DNA of 64,000 bases from the IMG/VR virus record IMGVR_UViG_3300027763_000037, positions 47,922 through 111,921 of that record; one strand, 5' to 3'. Of the stretch, positions 31,112 through 39,348 are shown piece after piece. The position numbers were made by a program, and so were the translations under genes. The notes beneath the pieces were generated by a model. That model had not been told where the DNA came from. It made no database searches and saw only the letters and a list, made by a program, of their open reading frames with translations. The stretch is from a virus. Every line of letters begins with the position of its first letter. Position 1 is the first letter of the stretch.

Positions 31112-31642
31112 TCACACAATCCGTGTAAACCAACGTGGTGTTGTATAGCGGATTCCATCTTCAATCCCTCTAACTCCGTGAACGTAGTCTGGATTATCTG
31201 GGAAACAAAGAAGATCTCCTGGTTCTGGCTTATGGGATATTCCTAATGCTGGGAAATAAATATCTCCACCAACATAATCATTATTTAGATACAGGATAGT
31301 TGCAATGTCGTTAGGTCTATTCATATCATAGTGTTCGTGCATACCCTCGCCTGGAGTAAACTTTGCAATATGAGTTTTTTCATCTAAGAATGATTGAAAA
31401 GGACCTTCGTAACTACCAACAACAAAATCATAAACTTTTTTAGCATATTCCTGCATAATGTCTAAAATAGACTGATCATTTCTTTGTATTTCGTGATAAG
31501 TATGAACTGTAAATTCTTTTTCTCCATTACCATATTCTGTAAAAAGAAGTGTGTGAGATTTAGAATATTCTGCAATAGATAAAGCCAATTCTTTTGGCAT
31601 AAACTCTTTTACATATATTACTTTTGATTTTAAGTCTTCCAT
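31112..31642 (-). CDS. Prolyl-4-hydroxylase-like 2OG-Fe(II) oxygenase
   Basis: H-x-D (HYD), ILYLNNDYVGG, distal HGV and RYT motifs. Confidence 0.9.
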   Translation of the reverse strand: MEDLKSKVIYVKEFMPKELALSIAEYSKSHTLLFTEYGNGEKEFTVHTYHEIQRNDQSILDIMQEYAKKVYDFVVGSYEGPFQSFLDEKTHIAKFTPGEGMHEHYDMNRPNDIATILYLNNDYVGGDIYFPALGISHKPEPGDLLCFPDNPDYVHGVRGIEDGIRYTTPRWFTRIV

Positions 31643-33672
31643 TATTTCACCTTAATTTCGCAATAGTCTGTTGTGCAATATGCTTCACCTTGAGCCTCAA
31701 GATTATCTACACCGTCGTAAATTGCTCCAAAGTCAATGTGCTTCAATTTGCCAATATAACCATTATACTCCTCTTCGGTAATCTGAGTATAGGGTTGTTG
31801 TGGATATGTATGGTTTCCCATTGGAAGGAACGAGACTGCCTTTAGTTGTCCCTCATACATATTAAGCGCTGGGGCAACATGCTTAGATTCTGTTTCTTTA
31901 TCAAATGAAAGTGTTACAGAAACTCCATTATCTGACCAGTATTTTTGAGCAGTTGCAGCAAGTGCAATCTTTTCAAATAATGTTACATCTTTTTCAGAAC
32001 GTTTTTGTCCTGATTTGATTGGGAAATAAACTACTGATGTATTTGCTGATACTACGTCATCTTCAATTGTGTACCCTGCTGCTTTGAACAAATGAATCAT
32101 TGGATCTGTGTTTCCAAAACGAACGGCACGAAGGAAGAACTCTCCTCCAGGACCCCAGTGAACTCCAGGAGTTGCACCAGAAAGAATTGAAACTGATCCT
32201 GATGGCTTAACTGTTGTTACACGAATTGATTCACGAACACACAGCCATTCTGAATATTGGTGATCATAATGACGAATCTTGTTGTATCCTTCGTCCATCC
32301 ATTCACGAACTGTTGGCAAACCTTTTTGATCTGCAAATGATGCAATACCAGTAAGAGATGTCCCAATACGACGATTACGTTGCATGATACCGTTTGTTTG
32401 TGGCCAGTGTGTTGGAAGAAGAGTAACAGTTTTACCATACAGGTAAGCAAACTTTAATGTCTTGAGGAAGTCCTCCTTAGATTCATGACGATTTAAGTGC
32501 ACTTCTACAAGCGTACATAATTCGTATGACTCCAATGGCTGCTCCGCACAAGGATTAAAGCCCATAACTCGATAGTCTTTTCCATCTGCTGGATCTGCAA
32601 GACGACCATAGTTACGAGCAACATCAAGCCAAATAAAACCTGGCTCTCCGTTATTAACAATTAGATCAGTATACTTTTCGTATTCCATTCCAACTGTTGC
32701 AGAAATTGAATTGTTTGACATCCATGCCCATCCTGGATTTTCTGGGTCAAAAGAGTTCCGCTCTGGAAATACTTCTGAGTTCTTAAGATTAATAAAATCT
32801 TCGTCTCCTGCTGCGCCTAAAGCAAGTGTTGCTGAACGACGAACATTTCCTGATACTACGCAGGTACCAATAAGATTAATGATATCTGTAATAGCACGAG
32901 AATCTAAGGTTTCTCCTACTCTACCGCCAATTACACGGTCTATCTGTGTATGTAGTTGAATAAGTGGTGCTGGACCGCTGGCGACCCCTCCAAAGCCTTT
33001 AATTGGTGCTCCTAGAGGTCTGATAAGGTCGTAGTTAAACTTCTGAATAGACTGATTTGGTCTTAGGTAAGAGTTAAGAAGAATTCTTACTGACTCAACC
33101 CATCCTTCACGAGTGTCTGGAATTTCGAACACCTGTTCTGGCTCTGTTGGAGCAGAGATTAAGAAATTCTTTTCCTGTCCCACAGTGTCAAACCCTACAC
33201 CGATTCCAAGCATAAGAGCATCCATAACCCAAGCAAATAGGGCTCCTGGATCATTTTTATCAAGGTCTTTTGTAGATACCATTGCACAATTTTGAAGTGC
33301 TGCTGAGTTCTTCTTCTCCATTGTCATATGAGTTCCAAAAGTCCACATACCTCTTCCTGGTGGCGTCCACTTTAATTCAAACATTCTCTGGAAGGCTTCT
33401 TGAGCAGACTTCTGAGCCTTGTAATCATTCCATGGAAGACGGTTTTCTTTAGCATGATTCTTTTGTACTGAATACATGCCCTCGATTACACGACGACAAA
33501 CATCATGCCATCTTTCCTTAGTTCCATCTTCCTTCATGCGAGAATATGTACGAATAAAAGTAATCTCTCCAAGTGAATTTTCTGCTGCATCCTTAAACCC
33601 AAATGGGCTTTCTTGGCTCTTGTACTTTTCTACGAAGTCTTCTGGAAGTTTAAAACTAAAAAAATCTGACAT
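31642..33672 (-). CDS. nrdJ: Class II (B12-dependent) monomeric ribonucleoside-triphosphate reductase
   Basis: PPGRG, NCA, GNVRRSA, NPCAEQ (thiyl-radical Cys), TTVKPSG and C-terminal CTTDYC motifs. Confidence 0.95.
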   Translation of the reverse strand: MSDFFSFKLPEDFVEKYKSQESPFGFKDAAENSLGEITFIRTYSRMKEDGTKERWHDVCRRVIEGMYSVQKNHAKENRLPWNDYKAQKSAQEAFQRMFELKWTPPGRGMWTFGTHMTMEKKNSAALQNCAMVSTKDLDKNDPGALFAWVMDALMLGIGVGFDTVGQEKNFLISAPTEPEQVFEIPDTREGWVESVRILLNSYLRPNQSIQKFNYDLIRPLGAPIKGFGGVASGPAPLIQLHTQIDRVIGGRVGETLDSRAITDIINLIGTCVVSGNVRRSATLALGAAGDEDFINLKNSEVFPERNSFDPENPGWAWMSNNSISATVGMEYEKYTDLIVNNGEPGFIWLDVARNYGRLADPADGKDYRVMGFNPCAEQPLESYELCTLVEVHLNRHESKEDFLKTLKFAYLYGKTVTLLPTHWPQTNGIMQRNRRIGTSLTGIASFADQKGLPTVREWMDEGYNKIRHYDHQYSEWLCVRESIRVTTVKPSGSVSILSGATPGVHWGPGGEFFLRAVRFGNTDPMIHLFKAAGYTIEDDVVSANTSVVYFPIKSGQKRSEKDVTLFEKIALAATAQKYWSDNGVSVTLSFDKETESKHVAPALNMYEGQLKAVSFLPMGNHTYPQQPYTQITEEEYNGYIGKLKHIDFGAIYDGVDNLEAQGEAYCTTDYCEIKVK

Positions 33673-33761
33673 AATATGTATCGTCCTTTCAAAAACGGAA
33701 TAGCCTAAGTATAGCAGAGTTTTTAAAAAAGTAAAACTCTACCTTAATCTATAGTTTAGAG

Positions 33762-33911
33762 TTAAGAGAAACTCATACCTCTATCATGAGAAATAGGAAA
33801 ACATCTTTCACAATAAGATCTTGATGCACTTGTAACTGGACAAGACTTAGTAACAACCTTGTGACCAAAAACAAAACACAAAATCTTTTTAGATATTAAA
33901 GTTCTACCCAT
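33762..33911 (-). CDS. Small Cys/His zinc-binding protein (49 aa, DUF1660-like)
   Basis: Not in the ORF track. MGRTLISKKILCFVFGHKVVTKSCPVTSASRSYCERCFPISHDRGMSFS has a C-x3-GH...CxRC pattern. Confidence 0.6.
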   Translation of the reverse strand: MGRTLISKKILCFVFGHKVVTKSCPVTSASRSYCERCFPISHDRGMSFS

Positions 33912-34567
33912 AGTGAATCTACGCCAAGACCTCTTGGACAAATATCATATGCAATAGTAATTCTGCTCTTTTCACTCCACCATAAATCTCTTGTATGAGG
34001 GTGACCAGTTTCTGAAACAATTGCTCTATTGTTAATATTAACATTGTCAAAATCTTTAACTCTATCAATTTGATAAAAAGTTACAGAAGGCTCTGCATTT
34101 ACACAATAATAACCATGAAATACTGGAGCGCCTTGACCTCCCATATGGTCGTGCAAGTTCATTTTTACAGAAGATTCATCTGGATTAGCAGCAAGCCATT
34201 GCTCTCTTGTTCCAGGTAGCATCTTCTTGTCTAAGTTATACCAGCCTTTAATTGCATATTCTTGCTCATTAAAATCAATACCATAATAAGCAGATGCTTC
34301 AAAAACTAAGTCTCTCAGGGTGTCTTTTAGTTTATCTAATCCTGGGTGACTATATGTGTTTTTGTCAAATATGTTATAGTGATGAGCCAGTTGTGTCGAA
34401 GGCCCATGATCTTCATTTACTCCAATTAGTTCTTCTTTTGGAATAAAATCTCTTTGTCCTGCAACCATCTTTTTTTGATCATCAACAAGGTAATCAAATA
34501 AAGAGTCTAAATCATTATCAATAATCTTATCAAAAAACTTATGTGGTGGTTTAGACATCGCTATCAT
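33896..34567 (-). CDS. Putative 2OG-Fe(II) oxygenase, paralog 2
   Basis: HDH...FHGYYCV...HPH...RITIAYD; start revised to the ATGA overlap at 34567. Confidence 0.75.
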   Translation of the reverse strand: MIAMSKPPHKFFDKIIDNDLDSLFDYLVDDQKKMVAGQRDFIPKEELIGVNEDHGPSTQLAHHYNIFDKNTYSHPGLDKLKDTLRDLVFEASAYYGIDFNEQEYAIKGWYNLDKKMLPGTREQWLAANPDESSVKMNLHDHMGGQGAPVFHGYYCVNAEPSVTFYQIDRVKDFDNVNINNRAIVSETGHPHTRDLWWSEKSRITIAYDICPRGLGVDSLWVEL

Positions 34568-35226
34568 GATAATGGGATCCAATGCTGTTCTTGACCCATG
34601 CCGTGAGTAATTAGGTCTCTTAATGGAATAACATCGTATGCAACAGTAATTCTTGGACCTTCCCAGTCCCAGTCAGCCATGGCGTGTGGATGTCCCATTT
34701 CAGAAAGAATTGCTCTATTATCAATATTAACATTCTCAACATTTTTATTGAATACACGATAATGTGTTGTTGATGGAGCAGCCTTTACACAATAGTATCC
34801 ATGGAAGTTTGGGGCGCCTTCTGGACCATGATCATGCCAATCTAGTTTGCCTTTGCCTTTATTGGTAATGTTAAACCATCCCTGAAGCATATATTGGTTT
34901 GCATTAAAATCAACACCATAATAGTCACATGCTTCTTTTGTCATATCTCCAATTGCCTTGTATAGGCTATAAAGTTCTTTACTGTGAAATTGGAAAACAT
35001 TATATTGTCTCCACTTCATTGTTGAAACACTGTTTGACTGCTTCCATATTTCATTTTCTCCAACTGGAGTTACGCCAATAATTTCTGCGTTTTGAATTTT
35101 AGTATATCGATCTTGAAGATCTGCTGACAACTTGTTTAAATCATTACCAAGAAATCTCTCAAAAAACCTATGAGGTTGTGGAGACCTGCTTGTACTTTCC
35201 ACCATCGGTGGGTAGTTTGAATTCAT
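34564..35226 (-). CDS. Putative 2OG-Fe(II) oxygenase, paralog 1
   Basis: GWFN...HDH...FHGYYCV...HPH...RITVAYD double-stranded beta-helix pattern (TIGR02466-like). Confidence 0.75.
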   Translation of the reverse strand: MNSNYPPMVESTSRSPQPHRFFERFLGNDLNKLSADLQDRYTKIQNAEIIGVTPVGENEIWKQSNSVSTMKWRQYNVFQFHSKELYSLYKAIGDMTKEACDYYGVDFNANQYMLQGWFNITNKGKGKLDWHDHGPEGAPNFHGYYCVKAAPSTTHYRVFNKNVENVNIDNRAILSEMGHPHAMADWDWEGPRITVAYDVIPLRDLITHGMGQEQHWIPLS

Positions 35227-35267
35227 ATTTTTCCCCTATTCAACTAGTAAATAAAGTATATCACATG

Positions 35268-36830
35268 CTACGCTTGTGGTGTTTGAGTCTGATCGTAGAA
35301 GTCTTTACCATCATGAGTAAGTGAATGCTCAGTGAAGAATATGTCATAAGGCTCACAGTTAATTGTGATAACATTTGTTGTTCCCTCAAGAACTTCAAGT
35401 TCAGTAATAGGTGACCACGCTGATAAAGAGTAATCCCATACCAAGTCTGTTTGAACTATATCTTTAGCCCATTCAAATGTTGATACTCCTGCTCTTTGTA
35501 CAAGAATTAGGTGGTTTGGAGAGAATGCGTCTCCATTTAGTCTAACTGTTGAGTCTACAGGGTGTGTGCTTATTCTATTAATTGTTGTTACAACATTTTC
35601 TGCTGTAGTTAAGTCTGCTGATGCTGACCAATCATAGATTGTTGCTGACTCTGTATTTTCAAGTCCTGGAAGAGACAATGACTTTAATTCATCGCCAACA
35701 TTAAGATCTTGAGCCTCTTTAAGGCTTCCATCAGACATTCTAACCTTAGTCTTAGGTCCAAGAGAGTAGTATCCTGACCATGGTGAGAATCCGAATACAC
35801 CGAATGGTGAGAATCCGAATACACCGAATGGTGAGAATCCGAATACACCGAATGGTGAGAATCCAAACACTGAGAATGGTGAGAATGGTGAGAATCCGAA
35901 TACACTGAATGGTGAGAATCCAAACACGTAGAAAGGAGTAAATGAAAACACTGAAAATGGTGTTACAGGTGCAAACGAAAATACGCTAAATGGAATAAAT
36001 GAGAACACTCCGAATGGGGCAAACGAGAACACTCCAAATGGAGTAAACGAGAATATAGGTGTGAATGAAAACACTCCGAATGGTGTAAACGAGAATACGC
36101 CAAATGGTGCAAATGAGAACACTCCAAACGGTGCAAATGAGAACACTGGTGTAAACGAGAATACTCCAAATGGAGCAAACGAGAATACACCAAACGGTGT
36201 AAATGAGAATGTTGTTACGGATGCAGAGGCACTAGATAGTTCTGACCATCCCTTTGAGTTATAGGCACGAACACGATATGTCTGTGATGTTCCTGCTTCT
36301 TGGTTTACATTTATAGATGTTCCAGAAGTATAAACTGTCTTTCCATCTGATGATGTAATTTCATAGTTTGTTATTGCTGCTCCGCCATTATCTGCAGGTG
36401 CTTGCCAAGATACGCTATCGTAGCCTGCTCCAGTTGGTGAAGAGGCTGTAACTGATGTTGGTGCATCAGGAACTGTAATAGATGCTACTGATCCAGCATT
36501 ATATTCGCTTGAATCTCCATATGATGTGTTAACTGCTTTAATTGTCCATGTGTAGTTTGCTCCGCCACGAAGACCTGTGGCTACGTAAGGTGAAGAAGTT
36601 ACACCAGGGAAAGTCTTATTTCCATAATTTGGGTTATATGCTGTAAGGGTATAGGATGTTGGTGCTGCTCCGTATGTTGGGGCTGTAAATGTAATTGTAA
36701 ACTGTCCACTTAAGTATGTAAAACCAGAGTTAACTACAGAAACAATCGTTGGTTCTGTTGGGCTAATCGCCTGATATCTTGGAACAGTCTTTGACTGCTT
36801 TCCTGCTTTACCACCTTTACGAATTGGCAT
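35268..36830 (-). CDS. FN3 + Phe-rich FxFxP repeat + C-terminal Hint domain protein
   Basis: FN3 motifs (VPDAPTSV...SWQAPADNGGAAITNY...YRVRAYNSKGWS); 18 F-x-F-x-P units; Hint blocks SLGPKTKVRMSDG...DLNVGD, SPNH and C-terminal LTHD. Confidence 0.85.
   Translation of the reverse strand: MPIRKGGKAGKQSKTVPRYQAISPTEPTIVSVVNSGFTYLSGQFTITFTAPTYGAAPTSYTLTAYNPNYGNKTFPGVTSSPYVATGLRGGANYTWTIKAVNTSYGDSSEYNAGSVASITVPDAPTSVTASSPTGAGYDSVSWQAPADNGGAAITNYEITSSDGKTVYTSGTSINVNQEAGTSQTYRVRAYNSKGWSELSSASASVTTFSFTPFGVFSFAPFGVFSFTPVFSFAPFGVFSFAPFGVFSFTPFGVFSFTPIFSFTPFGVFSFAPFGVFSFIPFSVFSFAPVTPFSVFSFTPFYVFGFSPFSVFGFSPFSPFSVFGFSPFGVFGFSPFGVFGFSPFGVFGFSPWSGYYSLGPKTKVRMSDGSLKEAQDLNVGDELKSLSLPGLENTESATIYDWSASADLTTAENVVTTINRISTHPVDSTVRLNGDAFSPNHLILVQRAGVSTFEWAKDIVQTDLVWDYSLSAWSPITELEVLEGTTNVITINCEPYDIFFTEHSLTHDGKDFYDQTQTPQA
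35778..36209 (-). repeat. Degenerate 24-nt tandem repeat encoding F[SG]F[TSA]PF[GS]V octapeptides
   Basis: Three identical copies of TGGTGAGAATCCGAATACACCGAA at 35781-35852 on the plus strand, followed by diverged copies. Confidence 0.95.
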
Positions 36831-36860
36831 TTTATTCCCCTTTTCTTATTTGTATTTTAA

Positions 36861-38810
36861 TTATGCTGTTAGATCGCCTGAAAGGATCCAGATATTGGTA
36901 TCACGCTTTGTTAGCGTTCCACCTGAGTACTGAGCACGAAGTTTTAGTCCTGGAGTATAATAAATTGTTACTCCTGATGCTGCAGCAATTGTTGTTTGTC
37001 CAGTTCCCTTTTGGAAAACGTCAACAGATGTTCCTATTGGAAATGCTACTGTAGCATTAGTTGGAACAGTTATAGTTGTTGCGCTTGAAGAGTTTGTTTC
37101 AACCATATTTGTTGCATCAGATAGAGCAAGTGTATAACTTGTTGTCTGTGTATTAAATGATGACAGTGTTGCTGAATCAAGTTCAGTTTTACTTGCCTTA
37201 AGAGCAAGAGCATTTGTCATTGTAGTTGAGAAGTTTGCATCGCTACCCAGTGCTGTTGCCAACTCATTTAATGTATTAAGAGTTCCAGGTGCTGAAGCAA
37301 CTAACGCTGCAATTGCTGAGTCAGCATATGCTGTTGTTGCTATCTGAGTATTATTTGTTCCTGCTGTTGCTGTAGGAGCAGTTGGTGTACCAGTAAATGC
37401 TGGTGATGCAACTGATGCCTTCAAAGCATCTGCAGTATCTACATATGTCTTAGTAGCCAAGGCTGCTGTATCAGCAATTCCGTGGATATCTGTAGTGTCT
37501 GTAGCATGTGATGACAATGCTGAATCAGAGTATGTCTTAGTAGCAAGTGCTGCTGTATCAGCAATACCATGAACGTTTGTTGTTGCTGAATTATGTGTTG
37601 TAAGTGCTGTTCCTGCTGCTGTTGCAGCATCTGCAATTGCTTCTGTTTTAGCAGTTGCTACGTTTGCTGTAGTTGCTAGAAGGGCTGTATTAGCAATTCC
37701 ATGAACGTCAGTTGTGTCTGCTTGGTGAGATCCTACTGCTGAATCAGCGTATGTCTTTGTGGCAAGTGCTGAAGTATCAGCAATACCATGAACATCAGTT
37801 GTATCTGATCCGTGAGCAAGAACTGCTGCATCTGCCTTAGCCTGTGCTCCAGAAGATGTTTCAAGAACTGAAGTATCTGCAATTCCGTGAACAGAAGTTG
37901 TATCTGATGAGTGTGTTCCAAGAGCAGTAGTTGCAGCGGTATCTGCTGCTGCAATAGCCTCTGACTTTGCAGTTGCTACATTTGCTGTAGTTGCAAGAAG
38001 TGCTGTGTCAGCAATTCCATGAACGTTTGTTGTATCTGTTCCATGTGTTCCAATTGCTGTATCTGTATAAGATGCTGCTGTCTGTGTTGCTGCTGTCTCT
38101 GCTGCATCTGCTGCTGCATCTGCATATGCCTTTGTAGAAAGAAGGGCTGTGTCAGCAATTCCATGAACATTTGTGGTATCTGCAGTATGGGTATTAATTG
38201 CTGTCTCTATTTCAGTTGCAACATATGTATTTCTTGCAGTTGTCATACTTGTTTCTGATGCATCAATTTCAGACTCAACAAATGCTTTTGTTGCAAGCAA
38301 TGTTGTATCTGCAATACCATGAATGTTTGTTGAGTCGTTGCTAAACTCTGTGATAGCAGTTGAAATTGCTGTAGCAACTGTTGCATTTGTAGCAAGAACA
38401 GTTGTATCTGTAATTCCATGGACATTTGTTGTATCCGCATTGTGTGTATTAACTGCACCATTAACTACGGATCCAATCATGTCTACTGCACTGGCTAATT
38501 CTCCAAGAGTGTCGAGTGCTGCTGGGGCATTTGTTATAAGAGACCCTAGTTGTGAGATAGGAACTTGGCCTTGGCTATTAAGTGTGGCAACACCACCAGG
38601 TACAGCCATTTGTGAATCTAAAATAAAACCTGAAGTATCAAGGTCTCCAAAATCTTTAAAATACGACAGGGCAGACCATTGGTTGGTACCGTCACCCATC
38701 TTAAACATACCTGAATCAGTTTCAAAACCAATTTCACCTGCTGCTAATACTGGGTTTGCTGCAGTCCATTGTGACGCAGTACCTCTACGCTGTTGCATTC
38801 TAGTTGCCAT
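36861..38810 (-). CDS. Tail fibre-like protein with Mtd_N-like N-terminus, nine DTT-x-VHGIADT repeats and a C-terminal GDLTA domain
   Basis: QQRRGTASQWTAANPVLAAGEIGFETD...GDG...W (Mtd_N); APGTLNTLNELATALG and SPAFTGTPTAPT fibre motifs. Confidence 0.85.
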   Translation of the reverse strand: MATRMQQRRGTASQWTAANPVLAAGEIGFETDSGMFKMGDGTNQWSALSYFKDFGDLDTSGFILDSQMAVPGGVATLNSQGQVPISQLGSLITNAPAALDTLGELASAVDMIGSVVNGAVNTHNADTTNVHGITDTTVLATNATVATAISTAITEFSNDSTNIHGIADTTLLATKAFVESEIDASETSMTTARNTYVATEIETAINTHTADTTNVHGIADTALLSTKAYADAAADAAETAATQTAASYTDTAIGTHGTDTTNVHGIADTALLATTANVATAKSEAIAAADTAATTALGTHSSDTTSVHGIADTSVLETSSGAQAKADAAVLAHGSDTTDVHGIADTSALATKTYADSAVGSHQADTTDVHGIANTALLATTANVATAKTEAIADAATAAGTALTTHNSATTNVHGIADTAALATKTYSDSALSSHATDTTDIHGIADTAALATKTYVDTADALKASVASPAFTGTPTAPTATAGTNNTQIATTAYADSAIAALVASAPGTLNTLNELATALGSDANFSTTMTNALALKASKTELDSATLSSFNTQTTSYTLALSDATNMVETNSSSATTITVPTNATVAFPIGTSVDVFQKGTGQTTIAAASGVTIYYTPGLKLRAQYSGGTLTKRDTNIWILSGDLTA

Positions 38811-38863
38811 TTATCTCTCCTTATGGGGGCTGCCCATTATTCTCTTATTATAACATCAATTTA

Positions 38864-39313
38864 TTAATTGAAATTATCTACTGCACTACCGCCATCGAAT
38901 ACTACTGTCCAAGTTGTATCACTTGGTCCACCAGCATCCAAACCTACACCCAATGGGCTATTAAAAGTTCCAGCATTATAGAACTGCGAAACAATGAAAC
39001 CTGTTCCATCAATTGCAGTATCGTGAATGTGCTCTGGAAGTGTGTTTGTATCATCAATAGTTGCTTGGGTATACCAAGAACCGTTGTAATAAAAATTAAT
39101 TCTACTTGTTAAAGTGTCTAACCATTGTGTTCCATTAGTTGGTGAAGAAGGAGCAGTTGTGCCTACAGCCATTGAACGACTATCGACATACTCCTTAGTT
39201 GCTGCATGTGAAGCAAGAGTTGGATCTCCCACTGTTACTGCATCTCCGAATGTACCGCCGTTTGATACGACTAATCCATTCTTGACTCTGAAGTCTTTAT
39301 CGACTGTTGTCAT
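38864..39313 (-). CDS. Small fibre/decoration protein
   Basis: N-terminus MTTVDKDFRVKNGLVV is paralogous to the upstream gene; HAATKEYVD and APSSPTNGTQWLD fibre motifs. Confidence 0.65.
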   Translation of the reverse strand: MTTVDKDFRVKNGLVVSNGGTFGDAVTVGDPTLASHAATKEYVDSRSMAVGTTAPSSPTNGTQWLDTLTSRINFYYNGSWYTQATIDDTNTLPEHIHDTAIDGTGFIVSQFYNAGTFNSPLGVGLDAGGPSDTTWTVVFDGGSAVDNFN

Positions 39314-39348
39314 TTACTACTCCCTCTTCCAACTATTTTTATTTTTTA

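Noticed and set aside
33673-33895. Cobalamin riboswitch upstream of nrdJ
   Set aside because: The space is occupied by a 49-aa ORF and a short promoter; no B12-box was recognisable.
35778-36209. Possible CRISPR array
   Set aside because: The units are contiguous with no unique spacers and lie in frame within a CDS; no cas genes are present.
35684-36264. Alternative-frame and antisense ORFs with SHHSVYSD or NENTPNG repeats
   Set aside because: They are by-products of the 24-nt repeat. Third-position variation preserves the FxFxP frame, which is continuous with the FN3 and Hint domains.
36861-38810. Diversity-generating retroelement suggested by the Mtd_N-like domain
   Set aside because: No reverse transcriptase and no template/variable repeat pair differing at adenines were seen in this window.
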